Part shown: positions 29,738 to 41,178 of the stretch, one piece after another
Layout: the number at the start of each line of letters is the position of its first letter
Numbering within the stretch: position 1 is the stretch's first letter
From: an uncultured Syntrophomonadaceae bacterium
GTDB lineage: Bacteria > Bacillota > Dethiobacteria > DTU022
Length of the DNA stretch: 64,000 bases
Direction of reading: 5' to 3'
NCBI GenBank assembly: GCA_964463285.1
Contig: CAYXBB010000003.1
Coordinates: 1,913 to 65,912, forward strand
Program-made: the position numbers and the translations under genes
Notes under the pieces: generated by a model
Seen by the model: only the letters and a program-made list of their open reading frames with translations
Databases searched by the model: none
Told to the model about the DNA's origin: nothing

Positions 29738-30379
29738 CTATTTTTTTATCTTGCCGATAACCAGCTCCAGCGTTTCATCGGCAGTTTTCACACCATTTTT
29801 TAAAAGTTGATCCATCTCCATGTTCACCTGGCTTACAAATTGCCGGTCCTTAATCGCACCCAGGTTGATAATCACATTGAGATAGGCGCTCTGCAGGGCT
29901 GCCTTCAAAAATGCCACACCGCAGCCTACATCCGAGATTGCCAGCATGGAACCGATCTCGCCCATGCGCTCATGAATCTTGATGCCCCGGTAGGCCTGGC
30001 GCATGATTTCCAGGGGGACAGAAAGGGCCACTTTGGAACATTCTTCAAGAGTTTTCTCTTTATGGGCTGCCTCCTCAGAGGTTGCTTTCGGCAAGCTATA
30101 AGCCTTGGCCAGCGGTTTAAAAGCCTCAGCATCTTCATCTACCAGCGCTTTCAAACGTTTTATGATCCCGTTGCCTTCTTTCAGAAGGGCCTTAACTTCA
30201 TCTTCTACCGCAGCATATTTTTTTTTGCCCACAGTAAGGTTGCCCACCATGTTAGATAGAGCCATCCCTATAGCTCCGCCCATAGCGGCCGCCCCGCCGC
30301 CGCCTGGTGTTGGATCCTTGGAGGCCAGTACATCCAAAAAATAATCACAGCTGTTTGACAACATGGCCATAAACAACAT
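29738..30379 (-). CDS. fchA: Methenyl-THF cyclohydrolase / formimino-THF cyclodeaminase family protein
   Basis: [19 protein letters not shown] motif typical of the cyclodeaminase family. It is adjacent to folD. The real start may be an internal Met. Confidence 0.7.
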   Translation of the reverse strand: MLFMAMLSNSCDYFLDVLASKDPTPGGGGAAAMGGAIGMALSNMVGNLTVGKKKYAAVEDEVKALLKEGNGIIKRLKALVDEDAEAFKPLAKAYSLPKATSEEAAHKEKTLEECSKVALSVPLEIMRQAYRGIKIHERMGEIGSMLAISDVGCGVAFLKAALQSAYLNVIINLGAIKDRQFVSQVNMEMDQLLKNGVKTADETLELVIGKIKK

Positions 30380-30783
30380 CCTTTCATTAATTGTTGATCC
30401 GGGTCCGCCTCCTTAATGTTTCGTACCCCATACCCCACGGAGGAGGTTTATGGGTATTCACACACCCTGCTTACACTAAGCAGTGGTTCTTTGATGTTCC
30501 TACCCCGCGGGTTTTCTTGGTTTTTTCCGCCTTTTCAGAAAAAACGAGCTCTTCCACTGCAAGACAGTAGAACCGATCCTGTCCTGCAGTTGTTGTAAGA
30601 CCCTAACACTTTCCTGCTGATTACTTCCAGATCCGCACCCAAATTCCTTCCATGATGATCACTTTTTAACAAAGAGAATATCCAAAATAGGGGGAATAAT
30701 TGGGAGGGAAATAAAAAATGGGGGAGAAACTGCCCCCATTGTCGAGAAACATTCAATTAGTTAAAACCCATAATAATCCTTCC

Positions 30784-33375
30784 TTATGTCAATTCCAGGC
30801 CCACAGGGCTGCGGCTTAATGTAACAGTACTTTTATCACTGATCCCGCCGGAGACGATGCGCCGGGATAGCGGGGTTTCCACTGCATTTTGTATGGCCCT
30901 CTTCAGGGGGCGGGCGCCAAAGGCCGGATCGTAGCCCTGTTCAGCCAAATAATCCACCACCGCCTCGTCCCACCTAAGAATAATTCCGGTACCCTTCTCT
31001 ACCCGTTCTGCCAGACGGTGCAGCAACAGATCGGTAATTTTCCCAATTTGTTCTCGTTCCAGCGCCCGAAAGACTATGGTTTCGTCCACCCGATTCAGGA
31101 ACTCAGGACGGAAATATTGACGCAGCAGAGACAGCACTGCCGTTTTTATTTCCTCATAATCGCTCCCCCGTTCCTGAAATTCCAGGATTTCCTTGCCACC
31201 AATGTTGGAGGTCATGATCACGATAGTATTTCGAAAGTCCACCGTGCGACCACGCCCATCGGTAAGCCGGCCGTCGTCTAAAATCTGCAACAGCACGTTG
31301 AAAACATCCTGATGGGCTTTTTCAATTTCATCCAGCAAAAGGACAGTGTACGGTTGGCGCCGTACCGCCTCGGTAAGCTGTCCGCCCTCGTCATAGCCCA
31401 CATAACCCGGGGGCGCCCCAATCAAGCGAGCTACCGTATGCTTCTCCATGTACTCGGACATGTCCAGGCGAACCATGTTTCGCTCATCGTCAAACAGTGC
31501 TTCCGCCAGGGCGCGGCTCAGTTCAGTTTTCCCCACTCCCGTGGGCCCCAAGAAGATAAAGCTCCCCACCGGTCGGTGCGGGTCCTTAATGCCGCTGCGC
31601 GCCCTAAGCACTGCGTCAGCCACGGCCTGGACCGCATCATCCTGACCTACTACCCGTCGATGCAGGATCTCCTCCAGATGGAGCAGCTTTTCCAGCTCTC
31701 CTTCACGCAACCGGCTCACCGGGATCCCGGTCCAGCGACTAACCACCTGGGCAATTTCTTCTTCGCCCACCTCTTCGTGGAGCAACATGGTCTGCTTCTG
31801 CTTGCCGGCCAATAGTTCTTCTTCGGCTTTCAGACGCCGCTCCAACTCGTTTAGACGGCCGTATTTCAGCTCGGCGGCCCTGTTTAAATCGTATTCTCGC
31901 TCGGCCCGTTCGATTTCGGTGCGCACCTCCTCAATTTCCTTTTTGATCATGCGCACCTGTCCGATAGAGTTTTTTTCGTCCTGCCACTGAGCCTGCATAG
32001 CGCCGGCCTCGCCGCGCAGATCGGCCAGTTCCTCCTGCAGCCGGACCAATCGTTCCGCAGAAGCCGGATCCCGTTCTTTTTTCAAAGCAGCTTCTTCGAT
32101 CTCCAGTTGCATCACCCGCCGGTTGATCTCGTCCAGGGCGGCAGGAAGGCTGTCAATCTGTGTACGCAGGCGGGCCGCGGCTTCGTCCATCAGGTCGATG
32201 GCCTTGTCCGGCAGGAAACGATCGCTTATATAGCGATCCGAAAGAACCGCCGCCGCGATTAGCGCCCCGTCCTGGATGCGCACTCCGTGATGCACCTCGT
32301 AGCGTTCCTTCAGCCCCCGCAGGATGGAAACCGTATCCTCCACCGAAGGAGGAAGCACCATAATGGGCTGGAAACGCCTCTCCAGGGCGGCATCCTTTTC
32401 AATGTGCTTGCGGTATTCATCCAGGGTGGTAGCCCCGATAGCACGCAGCTCCCCCCGGGCCAGCATCGGTTTTAGCAGATTGCCGGCATCCATAGCCCCT
32501 TCAGCCGCCCCGGCGCCGATTACCGTGTGCAACTCGTCGATGAATAAAACAATCGCACCTTCAGCGTCCTGCACCTCTTTTAAAACCGCCTTTAGACGTT
32601 CTTCAAATTCTCCCCGGTACTTGGCCCCGGCTACCAGGGAGCCCATATCCAGGGTAATTACACTTTTCTCCTTCAACCCTTCGGGAACATCCCGGGCCAC
32701 AATGCGCCGGGCCAGACCTTCCACAATGGCCGTCTTTCCCACTCCCGGTTCGCCGATCAGCACCGGGTTGTTTTTGGTGCGCCGCGAAAGGATCTCGATT
32801 ACCCGGCGGATCTCCTCGTCCCGCCCAATTACCGGATCCAGTTTCCCCTCCCGCGCCAAAGCAGTGAGATCGCGCCCATAACGTAGCAGCGCCTCGTAGG
32901 TTCCTTCAGGATTATCACTGGTGATGCGCTGGCTTCCGCGTATCCGGCGGAAAGATTGCAGCAAGGACTCCCGGCTAAGCCCTGCCTGGCGAAAAATGTT
33001 TTTGAGCTCTTCCTCGCTTTCCTCCAGCAGAGCCAGCAAAAGGTGCTCCACACTTACATAGTCATCTTTAAATTGCCTGGCCTCATTTTCCGCCCGGGCC
33101 AGGACCCGCGCCAGGGTAGAATCAATCTGCAGGGAACTTTTGTAACCGGTTACCCGGGGGATCTGATCGATCAGATGCTCCAGATCCCGGCGCAGTGATC
33201 CCGTATCCACTCCGGCCTGTTGCAGAAAACGGGTAGTAATTCCCTGCTCCTGATCCAACAGCGCCATTAAAAGGTGCTTCGAACCGACCAGCTGGTGATT
33301 TCGGCCGGCGGCCGCCTGTTGGGCTGCAAACAGCGCTTCCTGTGCTTTCTGGGTAAAACGATTTAGATCCATCAA
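30784..33375 (-). CDS. clpB: ATP-dependent chaperone ClpB
   Basis: Two AAA+ modules ([15 protein letters not shown]; [15 protein letters not shown]) with a coiled-coil middle domain. 863 aa. Confidence 0.9.
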   Translation of the reverse strand: MMDLNRFTQKAQEALFAAQQAAAGRNHQLVGSKHLLMALLDQEQGITTRFLQQAGVDTGSLRRDLEHLIDQIPRVTGYKSSLQIDSTLARVLARAENEARQFKDDYVSVEHLLLALLEESEEELKNIFRQAGLSRESLLQSFRRIRGSQRITSDNPEGTYEALLRYGRDLTALAREGKLDPVIGRDEEIRRVIEILSRRTKNNPVLIGEPGVGKTAIVEGLARRIVARDVPEGLKEKSVITLDMGSLVAGAKYRGEFEERLKAVLKEVQDAEGAIVLFIDELHTVIGAGAAEGAMDAGNLLKPMLARGELRAIGATTLDEYRKHIEKDAALERRFQPIMVLPPSVEDTVSILRGLKERYEVHHGVRIQDGALIAAAVLSDRYISDRFLPDKAIDLMDEAAARLRTQIDSLPAALDEINRRVMQLEIEEAALKKERDPASAERLVRLQEELADLRGEAGAMQAQWQDEKNSIGQVRMIKKEIEEVRTEIERAEREYDLNRAAELKYGRLNELERRLKAEEELLAGKQKQTMLLHEEVGEEEIAQVVSRWTGIPVSRLREGELEKLLHLEEILHRRVVGQDDAVQAVADAVLRARSGIKDPHRPVGSFIFLGPTGVGKTELSRALAEALFDDERNMVRLDMSEYMEKHTVARLIGAPPGYVGYDEGGQLTEAVRRQPYTVLLLDEIEKAHQDVFNVLLQILDDGRLTDGRGRTVDFRNTIVIMTSNIGGKEILEFQERGSDYEEIKTAVLSLLRQYFRPEFLNRVDETIVFRALEREQIGKITDLLLHRLAERVEKGTGIILRWDEAVVDYLAEQGYDPAFGARPLKRAIQNAVETPLSRRIVSGGISDKSTVTLSRSPVGLELT

Positions 33376-33662
33376 TCTTTCACCCGGCCTTTCTGGAGTG
33401 TTCGGATCTCATCTTCAAGGGTTTCAATACGTTCTAAAAGTTCCAGAATTACTGCGGCGCCCATCAAGTTTATCCCCAAAGAACGGCGGAGACGAAGGGC
33501 CTTGCGGATACGCCGCAGATCCTCCACCCGGATCTGATCTCCTTCCAGCTCGATCATTCCCAGTGACTGGAAGTGCTCGATTTGGGCGGGACGTAACTCC
33601 AGAGTGCGAATGCAGATCCTTTCCTCTCCGGTATATTCTTGGCAGACACGAACCAGTTTCAT
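33372..33662 (-). CDS. cbpM: CbpM-like MerR-type chaperone modulator
   Basis: Small MerR_2-like protein, translationally coupled between the dnaJ-like gene and clpB. Confidence 0.55.
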   Translation of the reverse strand: MKLVRVCQEYTGEERICIRTLELRPAQIEHFQSLGMIELEGDQIRVEDLRRIRKALRLRRSLGINLMGAAVILELLERIETLEDEIRTLQKGRVKD

Positions 33663-34660
33663 TTTCGATCACTTCCCTCCCGTAACTTTTTAAGCTCCCG
33701 GTAAAGCTTCTTTTCCTCCCCGGTTAGTGGAGAGGGGATATCGATTACCACTCGCACATACTGGCTTCCGCGGCCACCGTCCGGAAGGGGGAAACCTTTC
33801 CCTTTTAAACGCAACTTCCGGCCGCATCCGCTTCCGGGGGGTACCGTCATCTCTACCGGGCCATCCAGGGTAGGCATGGTAACCCGGCCCCCCAGGGCGG
33901 CCTGATCGGGGCGCAGTCGCACTTCACTTTCAATATCGCGATCCTGCAGGCGAAAATGGGGATGGGGCAACAGTCGTACCTTCAGAAAAAGATCACCCGC
34001 AGGTCCGCCCCCCAATCCCTCACCGCCCTGCCCTTTCAGGCGGATGCGGCCGCCCTCCCGAACACCGGGCGGAATTTTTACCTCCAGGGTTTTTTCCGTG
34101 GCCGCCTCGCCGGTCCCACCACAGCGCGGACAAAATCCTTGCCCGCGTCTGCCGATTCCCCCACATTCAGGGCAGACGACGCTGCCGGCAACTCGCAACA
34201 ATTTCGATACACCCCGATAAGCCTCTTCCAGGGTTAAATCAATTTCGCTTTCCACGTCCCGGCCACGCACACTAACGTTACGAAAACCACTCTCTCCTCC
34301 GGCACCGGGCTTGCCCCTGCCGAAAAGCATTTCAAAAAAGTCGCTGAAGCCATCCCCAAAATCTCCCGAGGTAGTGTAGAAACGGAATCCCTCCATGTCG
34401 GGTGGCGGCTGAAAATCCTGTCCTTGTTGCCAGTTCTGTCCCAGCCGGTCATAGCGGGCCCTTTTTTCCGGATCTTTGAGGACCTCATAGGCTTCGTTTA
34501 CCCGTTTAAAATGCTCCGCCGCTTCTTTTTTTTCATGTTCCGGGCGCAGGTCGGGATGCCATTTCCGGGCCAGGCGGCGATAAGCCGATTTGATCTCCTT
34601 CTCGGTAGCCTCCCGCTTTATTCCCAGCAACTCGTAATAATCTTGGAACTCAACCGCCAT
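33659..34660 (-). CDS. cbpA: DnaJ/CbpA-family co-chaperone
   Basis: J-domain with HPD (YYELLGIKREATEKEIKSAYRRLARKWHPD) and two CxxCxGxG zinc-finger repeats. Confidence 0.8.
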   Translation of the reverse strand: MAVEFQDYYELLGIKREATEKEIKSAYRRLARKWHPDLRPEHEKKEAAEHFKRVNEAYEVLKDPEKRARYDRLGQNWQQGQDFQPPPDMEGFRFYTTSGDFGDGFSDFFEMLFGRGKPGAGGESGFRNVSVRGRDVESEIDLTLEEAYRGVSKLLRVAGSVVCPECGGIGRRGQGFCPRCGGTGEAATEKTLEVKIPPGVREGGRIRLKGQGGEGLGGGPAGDLFLKVRLLPHPHFRLQDRDIESEVRLRPDQAALGGRVTMPTLDGPVEMTVPPGSGCGRKLRLKGKGFPLPDGGRGSQYVRVVIDIPSPLTGEEKKLYRELKKLREGSDRK

Positions 34661-34951
34661 CTTTCTCCACGCTCCCCTGATCTACTGTCCAACAGAATAA
34701 AAATGCCCCTTACTGCAGCTTACGCTGCTTGTGATTATGCAGCGCTTATGATTTGTTTCTTTCTTAAGAAAGTATAGCAATATCCCCTGAAGGATGTCAA
34801 TCAAATGGCGATATTGCTAATCCGGATGAGAGAGAAAAGGGCCTTCGCACCGTTTCCTTTTCTCGCCAAAAGGGTTTGCATATTTCTTCCGCTTCTAGTA
34901 TATTGTATAATAGTTTTGGAAAGTAAAGGCAAAACCGGGAGGTTAAGAGCC

Positions 34952-35281
34952 TTGCGTGTAGTTTTCTTAAAACTTTTGGTAAATACCGGCGGGTTTTACC
35001 TTGCTTCCCTTCTTTTCCCCAGAATTACCTTTGATCGTCCCTGGGTACTGTTCTGGGCCGGGCTGATGTTAGGAGTGGTAAATATCCTGGTCAGGCCGGT
35101 CTTGCTTCTGCTGACCCTGCCCATAAATTTGTTTACATTCGGACTCTTCACGTTAGTGATCAATACCCTGATGGTTTTGCTTGCCGGCTCGCTGACCAGG
35201 GGTCTGTACATTCCGGGATTCTGGCATGCTTTGGCAATCGCAATATTTATATCTGTAATAAACATTTTCCTGTTTGATTGA
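34952..35281 (+). CDS. Holin-4 (YvlD/YqeZ-like) family small membrane protein
   Basis: Conserved LVRPVLLLLTLPINLFTFGLFTLVINTLMVLLA. The inferred start is the TTG at 34952 after GGGAGG. The longer ORF from 34805 has no ribosome-binding site. Confidence 0.5.
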   Translation: MRVVFLKLLVNTGGFYLASLLFPRITFDRPWVLFWAGLMLGVVNILVRPVLLLLTLPINLFTFGLFTLVINTLMVLLAGSLTRGLYIPGFWHALAIAIFISVINIFLFD

Positions 35282-35479
35282 ATTCTGTTTGACTAAATGA
35301 AGGAAAATAACCGAGATATTCGAAATGAATATAGCTGTATAGAATAAAAATTTTTTTCTTCCTCCCGATGGAAACAGACCAGGGAAAAACATGGAAAGAA
35401 GCCTTCCAGCCCGGGCCTTTTCACCAAATAATTTCTGTCTAGACCGGAGAGAGGAAAAAAAATAGTAGGAGGTATAGTG

Positions 35480-37093
35480 ATGAAGAACAAATCCCCGGCT
35501 CAGTATGTGTCCTCGTTTGGTGAACAGTTCACCTGGCGGGCAATTCTGTTTGGCGCTTTAGGCTCAGTGGTAATCAGCACCAGTTCCATGTATGTGGCCC
35601 TCAGAATGGGTGCCCTGCCCTGGCCGACCATTTTTGTAGCCATTCTCTCGTTGACTTTGCTGAAAGCGCTGGGTAAAACCAACCTTAACGAAATAAATGT
35701 AACTCATACCGCCATGTCGGCCGGCGCTATGGTGGCCGGTGGGCTGGCCTTTACCATACCCGGCATCTGGATGCTGGATCAGTCGGCCCGAGTAAGTTTT
35801 TTACCACTATTGGTGGTTACTATTTCCGGGGTCATTTTAGGGGCGATTTTCGTGGCTGTACTCAGGCGACATTTTGTAGAAGTGGAACAACTACCTTTTC
35901 CCATGGGCATAGCCGCCGCAGAAACGGTACTGGCCGGGGATGAGGGGGGCGAAAAAGCCCGCTGGTTGTTCGGCTCCCTGGGGGTGGCGGCTGTTTTTAC
36001 CGCCTTGCGTGATAAATGGGGCCTGATCCCCGCCGCCTGGGCTCCCGCACAGCTATGGATCCGGAATATTCAGTTCGGGGTATGGATGTCGCCCATGGCG
36101 GTAGGTATCGGTTATATAATCGGACCCCTTTTTACCGGTACCTGGTTTTTGGGAGCAGTGCTCAGTTATTTTTTGTTTATTCCGATAGCGGTAAACCGGG
36201 GCTATTTAACAATAGAAGCAGCCACCGCCATTAAAGATAGTTTTGGCATCGGGTTAATTGTGGGATCCGGGGTGGCGGTACTGTTAAAAGGGGTACTACC
36301 AAAGGCAAGGGAAATTTTTAGCCCGCTTTTTTCGGGTGCCGGAGAAATTAACCTTAAAAGGGTCCCGCTTTTGCTGGCCGCCATAGTGCTGGTCTTATCT
36401 ACCCTGGCCGGCCTGGGCTTTATCCCCACCCTGATCACCATGATCGGAGTCTGGGTAACCACCTCCATGGCGGCTACCCTGACCGGTCAGACCGGCATAG
36501 ATCCTATGGAAATCTTCGGCATTTTAGTTCTGTTGGCGGTTAAACTGGTCGCTTCACCGGCTCCCCAGGCCGCATTTTTTGTAGCGGCGGTAGTGGCCGT
36601 AGCCTGCGGCCTGGCCGGTGACAACCTGAACGATTTCAAAGCCGGTCATATCTTGAAAACCATGCCCAAAGCCCAGATCTATGCAGAGCTGATTGGAGGG
36701 ATAGTTGGAGCGGTGGTATCGGTGGTAGTGTTGTTTGTTTTGCACCAGGCTTATGGCGCTATGGGGCCTGGAACGGAGCTGGTGGCGCCCCAGGCCTATG
36801 CCGTGTCCACCATGGTCAGCGGACTTCCCAACCCGCCGGCATTTTTGGTGGGGTTAGTTCTTGGTATAATCCTTTATTTGTTTAATATTCCGGGAATGAC
36901 TATCGGCATCGGTATTTACCTGCCCATGGTTATCTCCGCAGCCGCCGGCCTGGGCGGCTTGTTGAAAGTGATCGTGGATCGAAAATGGCCCAATTTCAAC
37001 CCCAAGGCCCAACTGATATCCTCCGGTTTCCTGGGAGGAGAAGGGGTAGCCGGGGTAGTGATCGCTATTATCCAGGTAATTGTCAGAGCTTGA
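35480..37093 (+). CDS. OPT-family oligopeptide transporter
   Basis: Polytopic membrane protein of about 535 aa. ATG after AGGAGG. Confidence 0.7.
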   Translation: MKNKSPAQYVSSFGEQFTWRAILFGALGSVVISTSSMYVALRMGALPWPTIFVAILSLTLLKALGKTNLNEINVTHTAMSAGAMVAGGLAFTIPGIWMLDQSARVSFLPLLVVTISGVILGAIFVAVLRRHFVEVEQLPFPMGIAAAETVLAGDEGGEKARWLFGSLGVAAVFTALRDKWGLIPAAWAPAQLWIRNIQFGVWMSPMAVGIGYIIGPLFTGTWFLGAVLSYFLFIPIAVNRGYLTIEAATAIKDSFGIGLIVGSGVAVLLKGVLPKAREIFSPLFSGAGEINLKRVPLLLAAIVLVLSTLAGLGFIPTLITMIGVWVTTSMAATLTGQTGIDPMEIFGILVLLAVKLVASPAPQAAFFVAAVVAVACGLAGDNLNDFKAGHILKTMPKAQIYAELIGGIVGAVVSVVVLFVLHQAYGAMGPGTELVAPQAYAVSTMVSGLPNPPAFLVGLVLGIILYLFNIPGMTIGIGIYLPMVISAAAGLGGLLKVIVDRKWPNFNPKAQLISSGFLGGEGVAGVVIAIIQVIVRA

Positions 37094-37170
37094 AAAAGCG
37101 GTGCCCTGCAGGAAAAATAATTTTTTCGAACCCCTTTAGTAAAGGGGAAAGGTAAAAGGAGATCAGTTAA

Positions 37171-38121
37171 ATGTTTAACGCCATCACCGACGTTGATGGG
37201 ATAAAGGTGGGCCAGATCAGTGATCTAAAAGCGCTTACCGGATGCACGGCGGTTATCTGCCCGCAGGGTGCCGTAGCCGGGGTGGATGTACGCGGAAGCG
37301 CCCCGGGCACCCGGGAAACAGATGCTCTTCATCCTTTAAACTTAGTGGACAAGGCCCATGCGGTAGTGCTGACCGGAGGAAGCGCCTTTGGACTGGAGGC
37401 CGCCGGCGGAGTGATGAGGTATCTGGAGGAACGGAATATTGGCTTTGATGTGGGGGTTACCCGAGTACCCATCGTGGCCGCAGCGGTGCTTTTTGATCTG
37501 AGCGTCGGTGATTTTCGGGTGCGGCCGGATGCGACTATGGGCTACCGGGCGGCAGCCGCCGCTGTAAAAGGGCCGGTGGAGGAAGGAAACGCCGGCGCAG
37601 GAACCGGAGCAACTGTGGGAAAAATCCTGGGCCTTCAGGGAGCCATGAAGAGCGGCCTGGGCACGGCCGGCCTTATAGTGGGAGACTTGGTCATGGGGGC
37701 GGTGGTAGCGGTAAATGCTCTGGGGGATGTAGTAGATCCGGCCACCGGGGAAATTGTTGCCGGAGCCCTGACCGGGGACAAAACCTTTATAGATACGGAA
37801 AAATACCTGCGGGAAAATCCCCGCTCCCCCACCGGAAACCTGGGAAATACCACTATCGGCGTGGTAGCCACCAATGCCCGGCTTAACAAAGCCCAGGCCA
37901 CAAAAATTGCTCAGCAATCTCAAGACGGTTATGCCCGGGCTATTCGCCCGGTACACACCATGCTCGATGGCGACACTACCTTCTGCCTGGCCACCGGAGA
38001 GGTATCGGCCGATGTTAACCGGGTAGGCAGCCTGGCCGCCCAGGTAATGGCCCAGGCCATTCTACGGGCTGTTTTGCAGGCCAGGGGGGCGGGAGGACTC
38101 CCGGCAGCCGGCGATCTGTAA
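37171..38121 (+). CDS. Peptidase S58 (DmpA / P1-type aminopeptidase family)
   Basis: DmpA-like N-terminus (VDGIKVGQISDLKALTGCTAVICPQGAVAGVDVRGSAPGTRETD). Confidence 0.75.
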   Translation: MFNAITDVDGIKVGQISDLKALTGCTAVICPQGAVAGVDVRGSAPGTRETDALHPLNLVDKAHAVVLTGGSAFGLEAAGGVMRYLEERNIGFDVGVTRVPIVAAAVLFDLSVGDFRVRPDATMGYRAAAAAVKGPVEEGNAGAGTGATVGKILGLQGAMKSGLGTAGLIVGDLVMGAVVAVNALGDVVDPATGEIVAGALTGDKTFIDTEKYLRENPRSPTGNLGNTTIGVVATNARLNKAQATKIAQQSQDGYARAIRPVHTMLDGDTTFCLATGEVSADVNRVGSLAAQVMAQAILRAVLQARGAGGLPAAGDL

Positions 38122-38194
38122 ACTTTTTGATGGAGGATGAGATGTGGCTCGGTGGGTGTAACAAAAACAGCCCAATTCAGAGGAGGTATGCAAA

Positions 38195-39631
38195 ATGGTT
38201 AAACAATCTGATGAGGAGCTGTGTTATACTCCGGCAATAGAACTGGCGGAGCTGATCCAAAATAAAAAGATATCCCCGGTAGAGTTAACTACTGTATTCC
38301 TGCGGAGAATTGAAAAGATCAACCCGCTGATAAATGCCTATTGCACCGTAGCTCAGGATTATGCTCTCAAAAGCGCCGGTGAAGCTGAGGCACAGCTGAT
38401 GACGGATCGGGATACAGGCCCCCTCCAGGGCATACCGGTATCTATAAAAGACGTTACTTTCACCAAAGGGATACGCACTACTTTTGCTTCCAAGTTGTTT
38501 GAAAACTATGTACCCAAAATCGATTCCGCAGTGGTGGAACGGTTGAAAAACGCAGGCGCGGTAATACTGGGTAAAACCAATACCCCGGAATTTGCCGCCG
38601 GCGGATCCACATATAACCGGCTTTTCGGGGTAACCCGCAACCCCTGGGATCTCACCTGCAACAGTGGAGGCTCCAGCGGAGGAGCGGCAGCGGCAGTGGC
38701 TTCCGGGATAGGGCCGCTGGCCCAGGGTAATGACGTGGGGGGCAGCCTGAGAATCCCGGCCAGTTTTTGCGGGGTGGTTGGGCTAAGGCCTTCCCCGGGG
38801 AGGGTGCCCACCTATCCAAATGAACTTTACTGGGATAGCGTGGCAGTGGAAGGCCCCATGGCTCGGACAGTAAAGGATTTGGCCTTAATGTTAAACGTAA
38901 TCAGCGGAGCTGATCACCGGAGCCCGATCGCCATATATAACAGCCGGGAAGATTTTTTACAGGCCCTGAAAAAGCCCGACCTTAAACGCCTTCGGGTGGC
39001 CTGGAGTGATAATTTGAATTTAATTCCGGTAGATGATGAAATTTTAGAGATATGTCGAACTGCCATAAAAATTTTTGAGGATCTGGGCTGCCAGGTGGAA
39101 GAAGACACCCCTGATCTGACAGGAATTAGAAAGACGGCTTTAACCCTTAGAGGGGTCCGCTACGCCGGATTGTATCAACATCTGCTTAAAGAAGATAAAT
39201 TCCTTAATTCGGTGGACCCCAGTATCATCAATAACACCAGACAAGGAATCAATCTTAGGGGAAGTGAAATATCCGAAGCCGAACGAAACCGTTCAAAACT
39301 CTGGCGAACAGCAGTAAGGTTTTTCAATAGCTACGACCTGCTGCTCACCCCCACCCTGCCCATTCCACCATTCCCGGCAGATACTCTTTATCCTACTGAA
39401 ATCAACGGCAAGGAAATGGAGAACTATATAGATTGGGTAATGCTGACTTACGCTTTCTCCATATTGGGGTTGCCGGCAATCACTATCCCCTGCGGTTGGA
39501 CCAGGAAGGGAATGCCGGTGGGCTTGCAAATTGTCGGCCAAGCCTACGGCGAAACCACTGTTCTGCAGGCTGCCGCCTGCTTTGAAACCGCCAACCCCTG
39601 GGCGGATAAACGACCAAATTTTGACCTTTAG
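38195..39631 (+). CDS. Amidase (amidase-signature family)
   Basis: Amidase-signature GGSSGG and Ser-cisSer-Lys region. Confidence 0.8.
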   Translation: MVKQSDEELCYTPAIELAELIQNKKISPVELTTVFLRRIEKINPLINAYCTVAQDYALKSAGEAEAQLMTDRDTGPLQGIPVSIKDVTFTKGIRTTFASKLFENYVPKIDSAVVERLKNAGAVILGKTNTPEFAAGGSTYNRLFGVTRNPWDLTCNSGGSSGGAAAAVASGIGPLAQGNDVGGSLRIPASFCGVVGLRPSPGRVPTYPNELYWDSVAVEGPMARTVKDLALMLNVISGADHRSPIAIYNSREDFLQALKKPDLKRLRVAWSDNLNLIPVDDEILEICRTAIKIFEDLGCQVEEDTPDLTGIRKTALTLRGVRYAGLYQHLLKEDKFLNSVDPSIINNTRQGINLRGSEISEAERNRSKLWRTAVRFFNSYDLLLTPTLPIPPFPADTLYPTEINGKEMENYIDWVMLTYAFSILGLPAITIPCGWTRKGMPVGLQIVGQAYGETTVLQAAACFETANPWADKRPNFDL

Positions 39632-39793
39632 AAGCCTCCGGATAATATCACAAACGTTTCAAATCTCATATTGTATTTGCCGTCATCGGCATTGTAAGTG
39701 CCGATGAGATCCTTTTTCACCGATCACTATATAAAATAAAGGCAGGGATAAAACCCCGCCCTTATCTTTCGATTCCGGCCCGACAAACCCGGT

Positions 39794-41059
39794 TTAGGGG
39801 AAGATGCCTCTTGCTTTTTGAGCGGAAACCAACCTTTTCATGGCTACAATGTAAGCAGCTTCTCTCATGGAGATACACATTTCTTGAGCAAGATCAAATA
39901 CCTTATTAAAGCTGCAAACCATGATCCGTTCCAGGTTGGAATTTACCGTATCGATATCCCAAGCCATATGCTGCATGTTCTGGACCCATTCGAAATATGA
40001 CACCACTACCCCGCCACAGTTTGTCAATATATCAGGAACAGCAGTAATGCCCCTCTTTATCAGGATTTTGTCTCCTTCATAGGTGGTCGGTCCATTGGCA
40101 CCCTCCACCACTATCCTGGCCTGAATCGCTTTGGCTATACCTTCTGTAATCTGGTTTTCCATGGCTGCCAGTACCAGAAAATCTACCTTGCATGTAAGCA
40201 AACTACGGTTGTCGATTTCAGTTAATCCATCCTGATGGTAGCCTTTGATCAGGTGGCGGGGGCTGGTTTTTACATATTCCAGCAGTCGGGGAATATCTAT
40301 CCCCGATTCGCAGTAAAATGCTCCGGAAATGTCGCTGACCGCTACTATCTTAGCCCCGAACTGATGCAAGAAATCTGCAGCCGCACTGCCTACATTCCCA
40401 AAGCCCTGCACTACCACGGTGGCACCTTTAAGATCGATCCCTGCTTTGCAGGCTATTTCCCGGGTAATAATTGCCACACCGCGCCCCGTGGACTCTTTCC
40501 TGCCCAGCGATCCTCCTGTTTCAACCGGTTTGCCGGTAACCACTCCGGAAGAGGGGCATCCTTTCAGCTTGCTGTATGTATCCACGATCCAGCCCATAAT
40601 CTGGGCATTGGTGTTTACATCCGGCGCCGGTATGTCCAACTCCGGCCCGATAAAATCGGCAATTTCAGCTGTGTATCTCCTGGTTAGCCTTTCAATCTCG
40701 TTTTCAGATAGTTCTGTCGGATCGCAGGTAACCCCGCCCTTGGCTCCCCCATAGGGAATATCGACCACCGCACACTTGAAGGTCATCCAGCCGGCCAAAG
40801 CACGCACCTCATCCATATCGACATCCGGATGGTAACGCAGCCCGCCTTTAAACGGCCCCCTGATACTGCAGTGTTGGACCCGATAACCGGTAAACATCCT
40901 GGTACGACCATCATCCATTTTAACCGGGAAATTTACCGTAACTTCTCTTTCCGGGTAACGGAGAAAAACATAATCATCCAATTTTAAACCAGCAGCTACT
41001 GCCGCCTCATCCAACTGATTCAACAGTGATTGATACGGATTAGGTTTTTGGGTTTCCAC
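39794..41059 (-). CDS. gdhA: Glutamate dehydrogenase (Glu/Leu/Phe/Val dehydrogenase family)
   Basis: Catalytic region GGAKGGV and dinucleotide fold GFGNVG. Confidence 0.85.
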   Translation of the reverse strand: METQKPNPYQSLLNQLDEAAVAAGLKLDDYVFLRYPEREVTVNFPVKMDDGRTRMFTGYRVQHCSIRGPFKGGLRYHPDVDMDEVRALAGWMTFKCAVVDIPYGGAKGGVTCDPTELSENEIERLTRRYTAEIADFIGPELDIPAPDVNTNAQIMGWIVDTYSKLKGCPSSGVVTGKPVETGGSLGRKESTGRGVAIITREIACKAGIDLKGATVVVQGFGNVGSAAADFLHQFGAKIVAVSDISGAFYCESGIDIPRLLEYVKTSPRHLIKGYHQDGLTEIDNRSLLTCKVDFLVLAAMENQITEGIAKAIQARIVVEGANGPTTYEGDKILIKRGITAVPDILTNCGGVVVSYFEWVQNMQHMAWDIDTVNSNLERIMVCSFNKVFDLAQEMCISMREAAYIVAMKRLVSAQKARGIFP

Positions 41060-41178
41060 ATTATCACCCCTGCATAATATTTTATTAATTAGTTACAAGA
41101 CCTGTCACCTTTCCCGGTTCTACTATACCCTCTATTTAAAAAATGGTCAATCATCATAGGAATTACAAGAGTTGGAAA

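Noticed and set aside
28867-29760. 297-aa plus-strand ORF fully overlapping folD
   Set aside because: The minus frame has unambiguous full-length FolD similarity. The long antisense ORF is a GC-rich codon-bias artefact with His/Arg/Gly-rich nonsense translation.
31312-32881. Several 60-185-aa plus-strand ORFs inside clpB
   Set aside because: They are antisense to the ClpB reading frame, which has both AAA+ modules intact. Arg/Ser/Pro-rich translations are typical of antisense GC-rich DNA.
37342-37956. 204-aa minus-strand ORF inside the S58 peptidase gene
   Set aside because: It is antisense to a well-supported DmpA-family coding frame. The composition is low-complexity Gly/Ser/His-rich.
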